From: Mobula hypostoma
Taxonomy: Eukaryota
DNA length: 64,000 nt
Direction: 5' to 3'
Assembly: GCF_963921235.1 (NCBI RefSeq)
Contig: NC_086098.1
Span: 1,488,001 to 1,552,000, forward strand
Position numbers and translations under genes: made by a program
In this document: one piece after another, positions 59,401 to 64,000 of the stretch
How the letters are laid out: the number at the start of each line of letters is the position of its first letter
Numbering within the stretch: position 1 is the first letter of the stretch
Notes under the pieces: generated by a model
Databases searched by the model: none
The model's input: only the letters and a program-made list of their open reading frames with translations
Told to the model about the DNA's origin: nothing

Positions 59401-62400
59401 GAGTTCCCGACATGCCATGTTAGAGTTACTGAGTTTATGGCATGGCATGTTAGAGTTACTGATTTCTCACCATGCCACGTTAGAGTTACTGAGTTCCCGG
59501 CATTATATGTTAGAGTTACTGAGTTCCCGGCATGCTATGTTAGAGTTACTGAGTTCCCGGCATGCCACGTTAGAGTTACTGAGTTCCCGGCATGCCATGT
59601 TAGAGTTCCTGCGTTACCGGCATGCTATGTTAGAGTTACTGAGTTCTCGGCATGCTACGTTAGAGTTACTGAGTTCCTGGCATGCCACGTTAGAGTTACT
59701 GAGTTCCCGGCATACCATGTTAGAGTTACTGAGTTCTCAACATGCGATGTTAGAGTTACTGAGTTCCCGGCATGCCATGTTAGAGTTACTGAGTTCCCGG
59801 CATGCCATGTTAGAGTTACTGAGTTCTCGGCATGCTATGTTAGAGTTACTGAGTTCTCGGCATGCTATGTTAGAGTTACTGAGTTCCCGGCATGCTACGT
59901 TAGAGTTACTGAGTTCCCGGCATGCTATGTTAGAGTTACTGAGTTCCCGGCATGCCATGTTAGAGTTACTGAGTTCCCGAGTTCCCGGCATGCCGTGTTA
60001 GGTTTACTGAGTTCTCAGGACGCTACGTTATAGTTACTGAGTTCCTGGCATGCTACGTTAGAGTTACTGAGTTCCCGGCATACCATGTTAGAGTTACTGA
60101 GTTCTCAACATGCGATGTTAGAGTTACTGAGTTCCCGGCATGCCATGTTAGAGTTACTGAGTTCCCGGCATGCTATGTTAGAGTAACTGAGTTCCCGGCA
60201 TGCCATGTTAGAGTTACTGAGTTCTCGGCATGCCATGTTAGAGTTACTGAGTTCCCGGCATGCAATCTTAGAGTTACTGAGTTCCCGGCGTGCCTTGTTA
60301 GAGTTACTGAGTTCCCGGCATGCCATGTTAGAGTTACTGAGTTCCCGGCATGCCATGTTAGAGTTACTGAGTTCTCGACATGCCATGTTAGAGTTACTGA
60401 GTTTTCGGCGTGTAATGTTAGAGTTACTGAGTTCCCGGCATGCCATGTTAGAGTTACTGAGTTCCCGGCATGCCCTGTTAGAGTTACTGAGTTCCCGGCA
60501 TGCTACGTTAGAGTTACTGAGTTCCCGGCGTGCCATGTTAGAGTTACTGAGTTCCCGGCATGCCACGTTAGAGTTACTGAGTTCTCGGCATGCCATGTTA
60601 GAGTTACTGAGTTTATGGCATGCCATGTTAGAGTTACTGAGTTCTCGCCATGCCATGTTAGAGTTACTGAGTTCACGGCATGCTACGTTAGAGTTACTGA
60701 GTTCCCGGCATGCTATGTTAGAGTTACTGAGTTCCCGGCATGCCATGTTAGAGTTACTGAGTTCCCGAGTTCCCGGCATGCCATGTTAGAGTTACTGACT
60801 TCTCAGGACGCTACGTTAGAGTTACTGAGTTCCTGGCATGCTACGTTAGAGTTACTGAGTTCCCGGCATGCCATGTTAGAGTTACTGAGTTCTCAACATG
60901 CGATGTTGGAGTTACTGAGTTTATGGCATGACATGTTAGAGTTACTGAGTTCTCTGCATGCCATGTTAGAGTTACTGAGTTCTCACCATGCCACGTTAGA
61001 GTTACTAAGTTTATGGCATGCCATGTTAGAGTTACTGAGTTCTCGGCATGCCATGTTAGAGTTACTGAGTTCCCGGCATTATATGTTAGAGTTACTGAGT
61101 TCCCGGCATGCTATGTTAGAGTTACTGAGTTCCCGGCATGCCATGTTAGAGTTACTGAGTTCCCGGCATGCCATGTTAGAGTTACTGAGTTCCCGGCATG
61201 CTACGTTAGAGTTACTGAGTTCCCGGCATGCCACGTTAGAGTTACTGAGTTCCCGGCATGCCATGTTAGAGTTACTGAGTTCCCGACATGCGATGTTAGA
61301 GTTACTGAGTTCCCGGCATGCCATGTTAGAGTTACTGAGTTCCCGGCATGCTATGTTAGAGTTACTGAGTTCCCGGCATGCCATGTTAGAGTTACTGAGT
61401 TCCCGGCATGCCATGTTAGAGTTACTGAGTTCCCGGCATGCCATGTTAGAGTTACTGAGTTCTCGGCATGCCATGTTAGAGTTACTGAGTTCCCGGCATG
61501 CCATGTTAGAGTTACTGAGTTCCCGGCATGCCATGTTAGAGTTACTGAGTTCCCGGCATGCTACGTTAGAGTTACTGAGTTCCCGGCATGCCATGTTAGA
61601 GTTACTGAGTTCTCACCATGCCACGTTAGAGTTACTGAGTTCCCGGCATGCTACGTTAGAGTTACTGAGTTCTCGGCATGCCATGTTAGAGTTACTGAGT
61701 TCCCGGCATGCCATGTTAGAGTTACTGAGTTCCCGGCATGCCATGTTAGAGTTACTGAGTTCCCGGCATGCCATGTTAGAGTTACTGAGTTCCCGGCATG
61801 CTATGTTAGAGTTACTGAGTTCCCGGCATGCCATGTTAGAGTTACTGAGTTCCCGGCATGCCACGTTAGAGTTACTGAGTTCCCGGCATGCTACGTTAGA
61901 GTTACTGAGTTCTCGGCATGCCATGTTAGAGTTACTGAGTTCCCGGCATGCCATGTTAGAGTTACTGAGTTCCCGGCATGCCATGTTAGAGTTACTGAGT
62001 TCCCGGCATGCTATGTTAGAGTTACTGAGTTCTCGGCATGCAATGTTAGAGTTACTGAGTATCCGGCATGCCATGTTAGAGTTACTGAGTTCCCGGCATG
62101 CCATGTTAGAGTTACTGAGTTCTCGACATGCCATGTTAGAGTTACTGAGTTCTCGGCATGCTATGTTAGAGTTACTGAGTTCCCGGCATGCCATGTTAGA
62201 GTTACTGAGTTCCCGGCATGCCATGTTAGAGTTACTGAGTTCCCGGCATGCTATGTTAGAGTTACTGAGTTCCCGGCATGCCATGTTAGAGTTACTGAGT
62301 TCCCGGCATGCCATGTTAGAGTTACTGAGTTCCCGGCATGCCATGTTAGAGTTACTGAGTTCCCGGCATGCCATGTTAGAGTTACTGAGTTCTCGGCATG

Positions 62401-64000
62401 CCATGTTAGAGTTACTGAGTTCCCGGCATGCCATGTTAGAGTTACTGAGTTCCCGGCATGCCATGTTAGAGTTACTGAGTTCCCGGCATGCCATGTTAGA
62501 GTTACTGAGTTCCCGGCATGCTATGTTAGAGTTACTGAGTTCTCGGCATGCCATGTTAGAGTTACTGAGTTCCCGGCATGCCATGTTAGAGTTACTGAGT
62601 TCCCGGCATGCCACGTTAGAGTTACTGAGTTCTCGGCATGCCATGTTAGAGTTACTGAGTTCCCGGCATGCTACGTTAGAGTTACTGAGTTCTTGGCATG
62701 CCATGTTAGAGTTACTGAGTTCTCGGCATGCCATGTTAGAGTTACTGAGTTCCCGGCATGCTATGTTAGAGTTACTGAGTTCCCGGCATGCCATGTTAGA
62801 GTTACTGAGTTCCCGGCATGCCATGTTAGAGTTACTGAGTTCCCGGCATGCTACGTTAGAGTTACTGAGTTCCCGGCATGCCATGTTAGAGTTACTGAGT
62901 TCCCGGCATGCCATGTTAGAGTTACTGAGTTCCCGGCATGCCATGTTAGAGTTACTGAGTTCCCGGCATGCCATGTTAGAGTTACTGAGTTCCCGGCATG
63001 CTACGTTAGAGTTACTGAGTTCCCGGCGTGCCATGTTAGAGTTACTGAGTTCCCGGCATGCCACGTTAGAGTTACTGAGTTCCCGGCATGCTACGTTATT
63101 GTTACTGAGTTCTCGGCATGCCATGTTAGAGTTACTGAGTTCTCGACATGCCATGTTAGAGTTACTGAGTTCTCGGCATGCTATGTTAGAGTTACTGAGT
63201 TCTCGGCATGCCATGTTAGAGTTACTGAGTTCCCGGCATGCTATGTTAGAGTTACTGAGTTCCCGGCATGCCATGTTAGAGTTACTGAGTTCCCGGCATG
63301 CCATGTTAGATTTACTGAGTTCTCAGCACGCTACGTTAGAGTTACTGAGTTCTCGGCATGCGATGTTAGAGTTACTGAGTTCCCGGCATGCGATGTTAGA
63401 GTTACTGAGTTCTCCGCATGGTACGTTAGAGTTACTGAGTTCGCGGCATGCTATGTTAGAGTTACGGAGTTCCCGGCATGCCATGTTAGAGTTACTGAGT
63501 TCCCGGCATGCCACGTTAGAGTTACTGAGTTCCCGGCATGCTACGTTAGAGTTACTGAGTTCTCGGCATGCCATGTTAGAGTTACTGAGTTCCCGGCATT
63601 ATATGTTAGAGTTACTGAGTTCCCGGCATGCTATGTTAGAGTTACTGAGTTCCCGGCATGCCATGTTAGAGTTACTGAGTTCCCGATGCATGTTAGAGTT
63701 ACCCCGGCATGCCATGTTAGATTACTGAGTTCTCAGGACGCTCTGTTAGAGTTACTGAGTTCCCGGCATGCCATGTTAGTTAGAGTTACTGAGTTCTCGG
63801 CATGCCATGTTAGAGTTACTGAGTTCCCGGCATGCCATGTTAGAGTTACTGAGTTCCCGGCATGCTACGTTAGAGTTACTGAGTTCTGTTAGAGTTACTG
63901 AGTTCCCGGCATGCCGTTAGATTACTGAGTTCGGCATGCATTACTGAGTTCCGGCCATGTTACTGTTACGAGTTCCCGGCATGCCATGTTAGATTTACTG
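29406..64000. repeat. 30-bp tandem satellite array (>34 kb, on the order of 1,100 monomers), consensus GTTAGAGTTACTGAGTTCCCGGCATGCCAT
   Basis: Uninterrupted head-to-tail monomers in one orientation from 29406 to the window end, apart from one N gap. Confidence 0.99.
45902..46101. other. Assembly gap (200 N)
   Basis: Exactly 200 N; a round-number scaffolding spacer. Confidence 0.99.

Noticed and set aside
29359..63892. Very long ORFs of (MLELLSSRHA)n, (HVRVTEFPAC)n, (MACRELSNSN)n and (WHAGNSVTLT)n, up to 1037 aa
   Set aside because: The 30-bp monomer is a multiple of 3 and stop-free in 4 of 6 frames. Stop variants (gagtaa) and -1, -5 and +8 frameshifts are amplified freely, so no frame is under visible selection.
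29406..64000. CRISPR-like constant repeat plus variable spacer
   Set aside because: The variable 13 nt are point variants of one sequence, not unique spacers; the context is vertebrate with no cas genes.
29406..64000. Telomeric array or CENP-B box satellite
   Set aside because: Only one TTAGAG hexamer per monomer and sporadic TTAGGG variants, with no (TTAGGG)n run; the TTCG....A..CGGG spacing is not present.
29406..64000. Array of p53 response elements (CATG cores)
   Set aside because: CGGCATGCCA matches RRRCWWGYYY at only 8 of 10 positions, and the two CATG cores are 5 bp apart rather than 10.

Overview
Vertebrate repeat-dense DNA. The repeat families suggest a cartilaginous fish, probably a ray (inference). 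No host protein-coding gene can be called with confidence. Bases 1-29,400 are a nested patchwork of retroelements: several CR1 LINE copies (APE-RT ORF2; one keeps ORF1 with zinc-finger/coiled-coil and SGNH-esterase motifs), Rex1/Babar-type LINE fragments, Penelope-like element (PLE) ends with a GIY-YIG remnant and minimal hammerhead-ribozyme motifs, tRNA-derived SINEs, a probable solo LTR, a probable RTE-derived short element, a small 30-bp minisatellite and a ~0.9-kb non-repetitive island with a candidate micro-exon. From 29,406 to the window end is a >34-kb tandem array of the 30-bp monomer GTTAGAGTTACTGAGTTCCCGGCATGCCAT, with one 200-N assembly gap and layered higher-order duplications. The array starts with no spacer inside the body of a tRNA/V-type SINE, which suggests the satellite was seeded from the SINE. 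The long ORFs in the array are a by-product of a monomer that is stop-free in 4 of 6 frames.
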